NCBI RefSeq assembly: GCF_006345805.1
Contig: NC_042998.1
Location: forward strand, 7,378,001 to 7,442,000
Origin: Octopus sinensis
Taxonomy: Eukaryota
Reading direction: 5' to 3'
Length of the DNA stretch: 64,000 bases
Shown: positions 14,061 to 25,627 of the stretch, one piece after another
Layout of the letters: each line of letters starts with the position of its first letter
Position numbering within the stretch: position 1 is the stretch's first letter
Made by a program: the position numbers and the translations under genes
Notes under the pieces: generated by a model
What the model was told of the DNA's origin: nothing
Seen by the model: only the letters and a program-made list of their open reading frames with translations
Databases searched by the model: none

Positions 14061-14425
14061 AGGTGCAGGAGTGGCTGTGTGGTAAGTAGCTTGCTTACGA
14101 ACCACATGGTTCTGGGTTCAGTCCCACTGCATGGCACCTTGGGCAAGTGTCTTCTACTATGGCCTCGGGCTGACCAAAGCCTTGTGAATGGATTTGGTAG
14201 ATGGAAACTGAAAGAAGCCCGTCATATATATATGTGTGTCTGTATGTATATGTCTGTGCTTGTCCCCCCCCCCCAACATTGCTTGACAACCGATGCTGGC
14301 ATGTTTACGCCCCCGTCACTTAGCAGTTTGGCAAGAGAATAAGTCCTGGGGTCAATTTGCTTGACTAAAGGCAGTGCTCCAGCATGGCCACAGTCAAATG
14401 ACTGAAACAAATAAAAGTATAAAAG
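14061..14425 (+). mobile_element. SINE B (tRNA-like head, CORE-like block, internal microsatellite)
   Basis: GGAGTGGCTGTGTGGT...GGGTTCAGTCCC head; shared body and tail. Confidence 0.88.
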
Positions 14426-14439
14426 AAGGAAAAAGAATT

Positions 14440-15245
14440 TATAGACTACACTTAGGTGTGGAAGGTTAGAGAAGAAGGTATCATCTATAGAAGAGTGAAT
14501 GTTGTTGGTGGTGAAGCAAGTAGGATTTTGACGTATAGAGAGAAAAGTGTAGGGGACAAAATTGCACCCTGGGATACACTAGAGTTGATATATTATGGAT
14601 ATGAAAGAGCTCTATCACCTATGCAGTAGTTATGTGATCTGATTGGAAGCCATGGGTCCAGGAGCTGGATGGACCCCGTAGGCAAGCAATTTGGATAAGA
14701 AATTCATGCACCTGACATAGTCGAAGGCTTTACTGGTGTTGTTGTTAATGACACTGCATTTACCAGATTTCTTAAGGGTTATAACCTTCTGCTGAATGAT
14801 ATATATTTCTTTATTGCCCACAAGGGGCTAAACATAGAGGGGACAAACAAGGACAGACAAAGGGATTAAGTCGATTACATCGACCCCCCCCCCCAGTGCG
14901 AAACTGGTACTTTATTTATCGACCCCGAAAGGATGAAAGGTAAAGTCGACCTCGGCGGAATTTGAACTCAGAACGTAACGACAGACGAAATACTGCTAAG
15001 CATGTCGCCCAGCGTGCTAACGAGTCTGCCAGCACGCCTTCTGCTGAATGATATAGATAAGTTAATTCCCCAACAGAATTTATTCTATGAGAGCCGTACT
15101 GGTGATCAGTAAGGAAAGAGAGGGAGATTCGAAATGTTGGAGGAGAATGTTGTTAATGGTTGCCTCCATCATCTTTGAGATATTAGAAGTGAGTGCAATA
15201 GCATGGTAACTCACAGATCAACATGGAGCATTCAACAATTGATCT
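14440..15245 (-). mobile_element. Decayed LINE RT fragment interrupted by SINE C
   Basis: Minus strand reads YHAIALTSNISKMMEATINN and SKAFD...LSKLLAYG with stops. Confidence 0.6.
14804..15039 (-). mobile_element. SINE C with 16-19-bp TSD
   Basis: (CCT)TCTGCTGAATGATATA at 14785-14803 and 15037-15055. Confidence 0.9.
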
Positions 15246-15329
15246 ACCAACTAAACACAACAGCTGATTTATCAAGTAAACACAACCGATCTATCAATGA
15301 CTACCCACAGCTGATTGATTAGTAATATC

Positions 15330-15400
15330 AAATTCGATGACTGGCATCTGTGCTAGTGGAGCACTAAGAGTACCGTATGAGTGTGATCGTTGCCAGAGCA
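15330..15400 (+). mobile_element. Family A 5' head fragment
   Basis: AAATTCGATGACTGGCATCYGTGCTAGTGGAGC, as at 21135 and 53175. Confidence 0.7.
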
Positions 15401-15490
15401 GCTAACTGAAAGTGAGACACAAAACCAGAGAGTGGTATATTTGGTAATAATAAATATCTGAACGAGGTATAAACAGTAGCTGCACAACAA

Positions 15491-15714
15491 TGTGAAGTAT
15501 ATTTGCCACTTAAATGTGGCTAACCACAGAAACCCGGGTCCGTGCGTATCACGTCAGGTCGATGATGGAAAGGATGGCTTCCCTTTGCAAATACTGACAG
15601 GGCACAGAAAGTGTGTCAATAGCCAGCTGGAGGCTATGTTCTCCTGGGGCTACAAGCTACAGTAGCATCCACCCTTAGTGGTTAGTCACATTTAAGTGGC
15701 AAATGTACTTCACA
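15491..15714. mobile_element. MITE with 37-bp TIRs
   Basis: 15491-15527 vs 15678-15714 match at 35/37. Confidence 0.75.
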
Positions 15715-16646
15715 GTATATTTGGTATTTTATCCTTTATTTTTTTAATCTGGTTAGTAAAACCTTATTTCTTTTTCCAATCCAGACATATATGGAAGAAA
15801 CGAACTTATAGCCGCCCTGTTTTCAGGCAAAAGCTTCAGTAAAGTCAAATATCTTTTAAAACCTAATCACATTCAAATTCTTCTTCTCAATGCAATCTCT
15901 ATAAAATTAATTTTTTTATTCATTTTTTTCTTTGCGTGGCCAGGGTGTCTATATATCTTTACATAAATGGTAATTGAAAGAAATTTCAAGTATTCTATCT
16001 TTCTCTAATACATCTTCAGCTCTTGTTTTTTTTATCTCTTTTTCAAAATTTGGTTACTTTGGTTACATAATTTTCCTTAATATTACAAAAAAGTTTTCAA
16101 CTTTTATTTCTCATTTTCAATTTTTTATATAATTTTTTCTATCATTTGTTAAGAATTATGCTTGCATGTTTTTGGCGGTACATTTTGTGGTTAAAAGTTT
16201 AAAATCTTGTTCCAATCTTGAATCTTGTAACTTGAAATAATGAATTGAAATTAAAAACCTTTATAATTACATAAATAATATGTGCAAATATTTTAATATG
16301 TGCTAGTCCTGAAATTTCAAAGTATATTTTGTTAAGTTTCTTAAATTTTGTCATCCTTTTATGAATCAACTAGTTTCTAAAAATTGCAACAAACCAAATT
16401 ACAGTTTATTTGCCATTATGACAAGAAACATTTTTCTGATAATCAGATGCTTAATTAATCCACAAGATCTCTGAGAATATCCACTTTCTCAAAAGTATAA
16501 GTTTTGTCTTGTGTGACTCAAAAGTTTCATTTATGATTTTGAAATCACAAGCATCTAAGAAAACTGGAATATTTTAATCAGGACTTAATACTTAACAGCA
16601 CTGTTACTTATTTTTCAGTATTCATTAAATTTTATATTCATAGTAA

Positions 16647-16820
16647 AGGCGCATGAGTGGCTGTGTGGTAAGTAGCTTGCTAACCAACCACATGGTTCCA
16701 GGTTCAGTCCCACTGCATGGCACCTGGGGCAAGTGTCTTCTACTATAGCCTCGGGCCAACCAAAGCCTTGTGAGTGGATTTGGTAGACGGAAACTGAAAG
16801 AAGCCTGTCGTATATATGTA

Positions 16821-16875
<55 letters not shown>

Positions 16876-17088
16876 ATGTGTATGTTTGTGGTTCTGTGTT
16901 TGTCCCCCTAGCATTGCTTGACAACTGATGTTGGTGTGTTTACGTCCCCGTCACTTAGCGGTTCGGCAAAAGAGACCGATAGAATATGTACTAGGCTTAC
17001 AAAGAATAAGTGCTGGGGTCGATTTGCTCGACTAAAGGCGGTGCTCCAGCATGGCCACAGTCAAATGACTAAAACAAGTAAAAGAGTA
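16647..17088 (+). mobile_element. SINE B, full length
   Basis: As above, with long internal (TA)n(TG)n. Confidence 0.9.
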
Positions 17089-17355
17089 ATGAAAATGTTT
17101 TGTTATTGAAATACATTTTCCCAAATGTCAACCAGTTTTCTTTTGTAAACGAAATGAATGCATATCTTCCATTAATGAATTGAAGCAGACAGTGATACTT
17201 GCCTGGCCTAAAAATGCACTGCAGTGCTTTTTATAAGAATCAAGACTATTAGCTATGATTCAAGAGATTAAAATCTTACAAGCCTCTGAATTTTAGTCAA
17301 CAAATGTGCAGTCTCTGGTTTCTTAAAAACAAATAACAATAAAAATATTTCCGAA

Positions 17356-17385
17356 CCCCCCCCCCCCCCCCCCCCCAAAAAAAAA
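17356..17385. repeat. C21 followed by A9 homopolymer
   Basis: Direct count. Confidence 0.85.
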
Positions 17386-20300
17386 CATTGCAATGTACTT
17401 TAGCATATAGGTTACTGAAAGCCTAAATGTCCAGATTATTATAAAAAGATTAAGATAGAAAACACCTGTTCTTATAATCTCATAAATACTCTCTGCCCAA
17501 ATTTGGAAGTAAATATAAATTTTTAAGATTTGTTATTTAAAGCAAGAAGTTATTCATCAAGATTCAGTTAGAACAACATTTTCAAAAGTATTTAAATATT
17601 ATTTGCATACACACACATGAAAACAAATGCTTGTGTTTATGTGTGAGTGTGTATACAGGTACATTAAGGTATGTTGAAGCCAAAATAATATTCTGTTTTC
17701 TTATAATAACAATTATCATATTCACTTATTCATAGAGAGGTTTTCTTTATATGGTATCAAAAATCACTCTATTAATATAATTTCTACATTTCTTTTGAAT
17801 TATTTATATATTTATATTTCCATATGTTTATTAAAAGCAGTGATAGAAGTTGCAATTGTTGGATATTTGCTTCCTCTACATCCATGAAGAAGAAGAAGCT
17901 TCTTTCGTACAAGAAATATTCCTTAATACATGATTAAGTTTTCATATTTAAGAAAGAATTTATATTAATCTCAAACTGTCATTCATTTTACAAATCACAC
18001 TTAAGTGTTTGTATGTGCTGCAGTATATTTCTTTCTTTTCCTGTTGTCTTTAGAACTAGAGACGGTTCTGGTTTAATCAGCCCCTTATCTTTTTGCTTTT
18101 GCTGGAAGAACTGAACACGAATCTCCTTTTTAACTTACATTAGAATCTATTTCTAATAAATGGAGCACATAACAGGCATAACTTTTCTTTAACACATATT
18201 AAATTTGACTGTAAGAAATTGTATAATGGAAGTACATTTTCCATTAGAATGTAATTTTATGAAAAAAACAAAAAAACTACCAAATTTAAAACTTCATAAA
18301 ATACGAATATAAAAGTAAATTAAATATAGCTATAAGTAAATATTAAAATGACACATCTCTATAGTAAAATATCTTCTTTTGAGTGACCATAAACAAGATG
18401 TGTTTCCCCACACAATGAGAATCTCTGTCCTGTTTAGCTTTGGTATGCCCTAAATTTCATGTTGTACGCCTTTGCTAATAAAGGGTGCAAAAGTTTCCAA
18501 AATATAACATCTGGTATGGCCTGATTTTCAGCCCATTAGCAGTGGTCAACAGTGTTTACCCTGCATGGAGTAAGAAAAGTGAAATGTGTCTATAAACCTT
18601 CTTGGTCTTATACTCATATCACAAGCCCTCATGGAAAGCCTAATATAGTACCATCAAGGCCTACTTTGGTTCCAGGTTTGTCTCCAAAGAAAAGAATCTT
18701 CTTTACACTTGCCATGAAGAAGGGCAGCTTTGTTAACTTCAAACTGCTCAATTTCTGGATGTTTTGAAGCTTATTACAGGAATACGAGATATATACGCTA
18801 TGAGTATATTTGATAATGAGTATAGACAAATATACATATAGCATATAACGATGATAATTAGTCTTAATTTGAGACAACAGGGCAGATATCATTAAATCAA
18901 GTTAATCTTTAAATGTGTGACTATCTGAAAGAATATTCGTAATAACTGAGTGCAAGAACTGGAAATATCCTGACTTCTAGAATCTGGACGAATTCCTTCC
19001 TTTGAATATCCTTAAATGAATGCTGTTTTACTTCAACTTCTCTAGCTGAAATTTGATCTAAAATTTTTAACCACTGATGATGTGATTGGATAACTAATTG
19101 TTGGTTTAATATTCCCTGTTCTGAATTTTTAATTTTTCAATGCTGAATTTGTGGGTTTTTTAAAATTTTTTCTTTTACTTTCCTAAATATGAAAAATTAA
19201 TCCATTGTAGAAGAGGTATTTACATACCTTAGAAGTAATTCTAATAAATCTAAATTCTTTAGCTGTAAGCATTTGTGTTCATTATTTTTACATAGTCTTC
19301 CATATAAAAAAAAAGAACCATGTTTATGATCACAATCATTTTAAAAACACTGTTAAGTTCTTAAGATGAGTTGTTTACAGCTGTTTATTTTCTTTTATTT
19401 TACAGGTTGTTTATAGAAGCTAAACTTTATAATTATAAAGGAGGGCTTTAGAAAAAATTATCCATGATAGAATATTCTAGAATATTACACTAACAATTCT
19501 GTGAGATTGAAAAATAAACTTTGCTTCTCACATTGCTCCTAACTGCATATAGCATATATATAAAACATAAGGTAAAAAAGTCTCCTTACTAAATTTGAAA
19601 TTGAACACTAGGAGAAGGCCCCTATAAGGTAAATGTCTTAAGGAAATCATCAGCTAAGTTTCTTGAAAGTAGGGGATATAGTAGAAACAAAACCGCTGAA
19701 ACAATGCTTGGCTATAAAATTTTACAAGATGTCTTGAGAGTAAAACTAGGTTATTACAGCTTCAGTTCTTGGGAAAATATGGAAATCTTTTAGTTCAGAA
19801 AATTTTGAAAGATCTTTACCACCTATAAATAGGTTAAGATATAAAAAGGATTCCTATAATTCAGGCACCATATCCCATTCAATTCTGATGTAATATTAAT
19901 AAACTAATACATACCCTGGTCTAACATCCCTTCCTGACACATGACTGCTTTTAGAGGAGTCCACTCTGTTGCAGTATTTGGGCCTCCTGATACTTTTCTC
20001 CTTTCCTCTCACTACTTTTAGAGATCCTGAGAAAACTCCTTTGACACTGCCATTAAAAAGAAAATGAAATAAAAAAAGTAATCTGTAGAGCTAATGTTCC
20101 AAATTTGGAATTGAAGAGTATGACATAAGACATAACTGAAACTCAATAAGCAAAATGAATTTTCTCCATAATACATAATTATTGGAATACATTTATGTAA
20201 ACTATAGTGAGGTATACAATAGGCTGGAATATTAAGGGGATTAAAGAAGCAATTTATATATTAACATGTTGCTAATCCATCAGTAACTTTTTTACAAATG

Positions 20301-20889
20301 TTAATTAATTTTTGGTTCCTTTTAATTTTTGTGAAAACTTAAAAAACAAGCTTTATATGGATTATCCCAAATAGATTAAGATTCTAATATTGATAAATCT
20401 CAATAAGTATATATAACTCTATCCAATTAATTTTTACTAGTAGATGAATAAATTGTGCAATTACAAGTTTTTCTTTTGTAAGTTCAATCTGTGATTTGAA
20501 CTTTGAACCAGATCTTAGGTGAAAATAAGTAATAGAAAATGAAATATATAAATAGGCTGATAGAAAATTAGTCAGCTAAACACTTTCAATTTCCAATACT
20601 TTAAAAATAATGATAATAATGATAATCAATAATAAAAGTATGAAATATTGCTTTACAAATTTTGATATCGTCTTCATTAAATGTTATATTGAAGCTTAAC
20701 AGATCTTTGCTATTCCAAGTTATGAAAATCACACTAATTAACATGATTACTATTTAACAACATATTACTAATTAATAAATTTGTAAATATTTAAAACATT
20801 GAAATTAAAAATATATATTTGAACTTTTAAACGGTATTTTTATAATGAATACAAAAGGAAAAACTATTTTGTTGCTTTTCTCTCCACAG

Positions 20890-20965
20890 GTCTGATCCAA
20901 AGCTTTTTCGTGATGATGTGGATATAAAATTTAGCAGAACCCTTAATTCTTGCAGAGTCCCTCAG
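20890..20965 (+). CDS. RasGRF: RasGRF exon 3 (SDPKLFRDDVDIKFSRTLNSCRVPQ)
   Basis: ccacag| and CAG|gtaaaa; phase 2 to 0; conserved RasGRF motif. Confidence 0.95.
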
Positions 20966-21129
20966 GTAAAATAAAGTATTTCAATGGTATAAATCTGTGG
21001 AAGCAGTCACATTTAAGCACTTGTTTTTTAATAACTTTTAAGAAAATAAAAACATTTTAATTAGAATAACTGATCCTAAAAAAGCAAAATTATTTACTGT
21101 TTCTGTAAAATATTTTTGTTTAATAGAAA

Positions 21130-21553
21130 ATTCAAATTCAAATTCTATGACTGGCATCCGTGCTAGTGGAGCACTAAGAGCATCATCCGTGCGTGATCGT
21201 TGCCAGAGCGGCTAACTGGCGTTTGTGCCGGTGGCACGTAAAAAGCACCATTCAAGCATGATCGTTACCAGTGTCGCCTTACTGGCACTTGTGCCAGTGT
21301 GCAGGTGACACGTGAAAAGAAAAAACACGAATTTCCGTGACCATTGCCAGTACCGCCTGACTGGCCCTCATGCCAGTGGCACATAAAATCACCCACTACA
21401 CTCTTGGAGTGGTTGGCATTAGGAAGGGCACCCAGATGTAGAAACTCTTCCAAATCAAGATTGGAGCCTGGTGCAGCCATCTGGTTTGCCAGTCCTCAGT
21501 CAAATCGTCCAACCCATGCTAGCATGGAAAGCGGACATTAAACGATGATGATG
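21130..21553 (+). mobile_element. Family A retroposon, apparently full length
   Basis: Head, internal repeat units, core and (GAT)n tail. Confidence 0.85.
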
Positions 21554-22026
21554 AGAAAAACAAAAATATGCGTTTTTTTCTTTTCTTTTCCTTCTAATTT
21601 GTATAAAAAGAAATTTTGTCCAGTAATTGTTAGTGTTATGCACACTCAATATGACCAAAGAAATATAATTTATTATTAATTTTGAAGTATGCAGTGCTGA
21701 CACTAAGAAAGAATTACTGAAAAGGATAATATATTTTGAATTAAAAGAAAGTGAAAAGCCATTTAAATTAAAAGTAAATAAGGAAAAGCATAAATATTTG
21801 GAGATGGTCTTTTTTATTTTTTGTCACACATTTTGTGACCTCCTCGCAACTCTCCATCCTATGTGTCTCCTCCTGTTCTAGATTTCAGACACTAAAATAA
21901 GAATAAAGCTGAATTGAAGAATGAGTGTAAAGTGTGTGGTTGACAAAAAAAAAAATGACCATCTCTAGATATAAAAATATCTATTTCAACGCACGATTTT
22001 AGATAAGGAATCTTGCAGAACATATA

Positions 22027-22890
22027 TGAGATCTGATCAATAAGTATCTGGACTGTTGCCATAGTAACGAAGCTAAAGCACACAGTGTAAAGCTGTTTGG
22101 TATAAATTGACCTTGAGCTCTGCTGTGCATGTGTACTAAGTTTTAATGTTCTAGCTCATTTTCACTGTTTACAGCAGTGCTTGGAAGGAAGGTGTGTAGC
22201 GTGTGATCATTACATTGACCATGACAGAGAAAGTTGTCATGGCAATACATGCTCAGAGGCCTACACAAACTTCCAGAAGTTTCAGTGTATGGAGAGGAGT
22301 GTATGAGCCACACACAAGTGTATGGGTGGTTCAAACATTTCCAAGATGGTTGAAAAAATGTCGATATTGATGAACGTTCTGGGAGATCTACAACCAGTAG
22401 AAATGAGAAAAACATTAGTGATATATGTGCAACTGTGAGGGAAAATCCTCAAATCACCATTCATGAATTATCAGAGGATGTGCAGATTAGTTACGGTTCA
22501 GTTCCGTCTATTTTCACTGAAGATTTGGGTATGAGATTCATGTCTGCCAAGTTTGTGCCAAAACTGCTTTGAGCTGATGAGAAAGACACCCAGGTTTCAG
22601 CTGCACAAGATCTTGGCTGTGTTAAGAAAGATGAAAACCTTTTGAAAACTTTGCCTAGCTTTTGGCAAAATTTGATGCAGATTCTTGGCTCAAATTTCTC
22701 TGTCATGGTCAATGCAACAATCACACACTACACACCTTCCTTCTAAGCACTGCTGTAAACAGCAAACGTGATCTAGAACATTAAAACTTAGTGTGCATGC
22801 TCAAGGTCAATCTGTACCAATCAGCTTCTCTCTGCATGCTTTAGCTTCATTACTATGGCCACAGTCCGGATACTTATTGATCAGATTATG
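22027..22890. mobile_element. Fold-back mariner derivative (both ends are the element's left end)
   Basis: About 200-bp inverted arms 22025-22236 and 22691-22892, TA flanks, decayed transposase N-terminus (WFKHFQDG, AKFVPKLL) on +, MTEKFEPRICIKFCQKLGK on -. Confidence 0.85.
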
Positions 22891-23373
22891 TACATAATGT
22901 GAAAAGCATAAATATTATATGTAGTAAATATAATAATTAAAATACTAACGAGAAAATAAAATTATGCAGAAAAGATTTCAATACAGGTGAGAAAATGAAA
23001 CTTTGTTAAAACCATGATTTATCAAGTACGAATTAAAATAATATTAAAGCAATTTAAAATTAACTCAATACAAATTAAAATAACCTTGAGTCAAATTAAA
23101 ATATATTTTTATTTGCTTCAAGATTTTACTTTAATTTTCTTCAATTTGCACCTGAAAAAATGTAGTCATTAACAGTTGACAAAAAAATAACTGCTTGGTA
23201 AATGATATAAGGAAGTCTTGGACAGTTAAATATGAGTTAAAAGCGTCAAACATTACATTAATATTTCACTCTGTGTAGAACGTAATGGAGGTAAAATCTA
23301 TGTCAATACTGCAAACTAGAAAGTAATTGTTTCGTGATATTGATAAAGAACTTTTGAAGTTTTAATATTGTTA

Positions 23374-24642
23374 TTAGGCTGAGTAAAACGTAAGCAATGT
23401 TTTGAACCATGAAGAATTTTACCAGATTTTTGCAGAGTTTTGAATTTTTTTAAAGCATTTTTTATGCAATTTTCTGATGATATAGACAAAGACTTGCCCA
23501 AATACATCAATAAATTAGCATGGATATTTTTTTCACTGTTGTTACAGTCATCTGAAATGGAACTGTCAATGCGATATATTCAAGCAATTTTGCTATTCAA
23601 CTTCAAAAAAGGATGTAGAGCAGCTGAAACTGCTTGCGATATCAATGAAACATTTGGTGAGGAAATGACCAGTGAGTGGTCAGCTCAAAAATGATTTAAA
23701 CGTTTTCACAGTGGAGACCTGAGCCTTGAAGATCGTGAGCATAGTGGATGCCCATCTGTCATCGATGACAGTCAATTAAAGACCGTCATTGAGAAAGAGC
23801 CACGTAAAACCACTCAAGAACTGGCAAAAGAACTTCAAGTTAGTCAGAAAACTGCCTGCAATCACTTGCATGTGATCAGAAAATCAAAAAAGGACAACAA
23901 ATGGGTACCACACGATTTGAAAGAAAATCAGAAAATGCACAGATAAGAAGTTTGTTCGTCATTTCTTCTCCATAACCGGACTGATCCATTTCTCAATCAT
24001 ATTTTGATTTTTGATAAAAAATGGATTCTGTACAATATTAATGATAAAAAAATGTTCTGTGCAGTGGTTGGACCAAAGTGAAGCACTGAAAACCTTCCCT
24101 AAACCCGAGCTCTTCTGTTTGGTGGTGTACTGCTGGACTCATCCATAATAACTTCTTAAAACCCAGAAAAACCATTACTGCAGAAACATATTGCCATGAA
24201 ATTGCCAAAATGAATGGAAAACTCTTACTCTTCCATCCCAGACTGGTCAACAGAAGAGGGCCAATCATCGTTCATGACAATGCTCAGCCACACATTTCAC
24301 TAATGATGTTCCAGAAGTTGAGGTAACTGGGCTCTGAAGTCCTCCCCACCCAGCTACTTTGCCAGACCTTTCTCCTGTTGATTATCACTTTTTCAAGCAC
24401 CTTGATGATTTCCTGTGAGAGGAGTTCAAAAATCAAACCAATGCTGAAAGTGCATTCAAAGGGTTCATCAGTTTCAGACCTCCAGATTTCTATGTTACTG
24501 GAATACACAAACTTGTAACTCGTTAGCTAAATAGTGTTGATTGTAATGGTGCTTACTTTGATGAATGAAATTTCTGCATTATTGAAATATATTGTGATGA
24601 CTTTCATGTTTCAAAACGTTGCTTACTTTTTACTCAGCCTGA
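23374..24642 (+). mobile_element. Near full-length mariner (Hsmar1/cecropia-like), 1269 bp
   Basis: TA flanks; about 40-bp TIR TYAGGCTGAGTAAAA(C/A)GTAAGCAAYGTTTTGAA; transposase remnants inside. Confidence 0.9.
23557..24568 (+). pseudogene. Mariner transposase pseudogene (stops and frameshifts)
   Basis: WVPHDL, ILIFDKKWILYN, VHDNAQPH and PDLSPVDYHFF motifs with several in-frame stops. Confidence 0.88.
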
Positions 24643-24659
24643 TATCATTGGCAAAGCCT

Positions 24660-24892
24660 TGTGAGCAAGACACTTTATTTCACATTGTACCAGTCCACTT
24701 GGCTGGCTAAAATGAGCAGTACCTTTATTTCAAAGGGCCAACCTTCTCACACTCTGTATCATGAAATCTCCCTGAGAATTATGTTTAGGGTATGTCTGTG
24801 GAGTGCTCATCCACTTTCACATAAATTTCACGAGTAGGCTGTTCCATTGATTGAATCAACTGGAATTCACGTAATCATAACCGAATACTGCT
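24660..24892 (+). mobile_element. SINE D-type body without head
   Basis: GAGCAAGACACTTTATTTCAC block shared with 39078-39420. Confidence 0.55.
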
Positions 24893-24952
24893 TTTTAAAA
24901 TTAATTCATCAATTATTGGTAATCTTTTAAAGATACTAGCATATCTATCTTA

Positions 24953-25169
24953 GTCAGTTGTGTCTGGGGAGAGTCATTTTCTTTTTGTGCCTTATAATTT
25001 AACACACTCACCGGTAAAATTTCCACTTATTACTTATTTTTATTTTCCTAAAATTTTCGTTGATTCTTGCAACCTTTTCAATAGTCTTGACTCAAGTGGA
25101 AATTTTACCGGTGAGTGTGTTACATTATAAGGCACAAAAAGCGAATGACTCTCCTCAGACACAACAGAA
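24953..25169. mobile_element. TA-flanked hairpin MITE
   Basis: Arms 24957-25028 and 25094-25165 match at 68/72. Confidence 0.85.
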
Positions 25170-25442
25170 TATGCTTCAACACATGAACTCATATAAAGAA
25201 TCTTGCAAACCAAATCCAAAAACAAAATATTTTTGTCAGTTTTGCATTAATCATTTTAAACCTATGATAATGTATTGTGTGCAATTTTTTTTCAAAATTA
25301 CTTGAGACTTTAACAAATATAGTCAAAATTATTTTGATAAATACTTGTGATGATGTATAGAAAATGATTTGTTATTATTTGAATTAAGAATAAGAATTCC
25401 AAGAAAGTCTGTAGGGTTTATTATTTTTGTTTCTGATTTCAG

Positions 25443-25627
25443 ATTCGACATGCCACCGTTGACCGCCTTCTTGATCGATTAACAGATCTGCGATTTCTTA
25501 GTATTGATTTTCTCAACACGTTTCTACTCACATATAAAGTGTTCACTACAGGTTATACTGTCCTTGAAGCACTAAGAAAAGTATATCGAAATCCAGACTG
25601 CTGTGGAAACTTAGAAGCAATTTCACA
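25443..25627 (+). CDS. RasGRF: RasGRF exon 4, REM N-part ([34 protein letters not shown]...)
   Basis: tttcag| and CA|gtaagt; phase 0 to 2. Confidence 0.95.

Noticed and set aside
13932-14342. Recurring ORFs ...SFSFRLPNPLTRLW.ARGYSRRHLP (also 16625, 44293, 46143, 46870, 51126, 59260) as a gene family
   Set aside because: Translations of SINE B and its internal microsatellite.
18054-18070. Internal microexon
   Set aside because: No good donor at a frame-preserving distance, and exons 2 and 3 join without a gap against the vertebrate sequence as recalled; kept only as a terminal-exon hypothesis.
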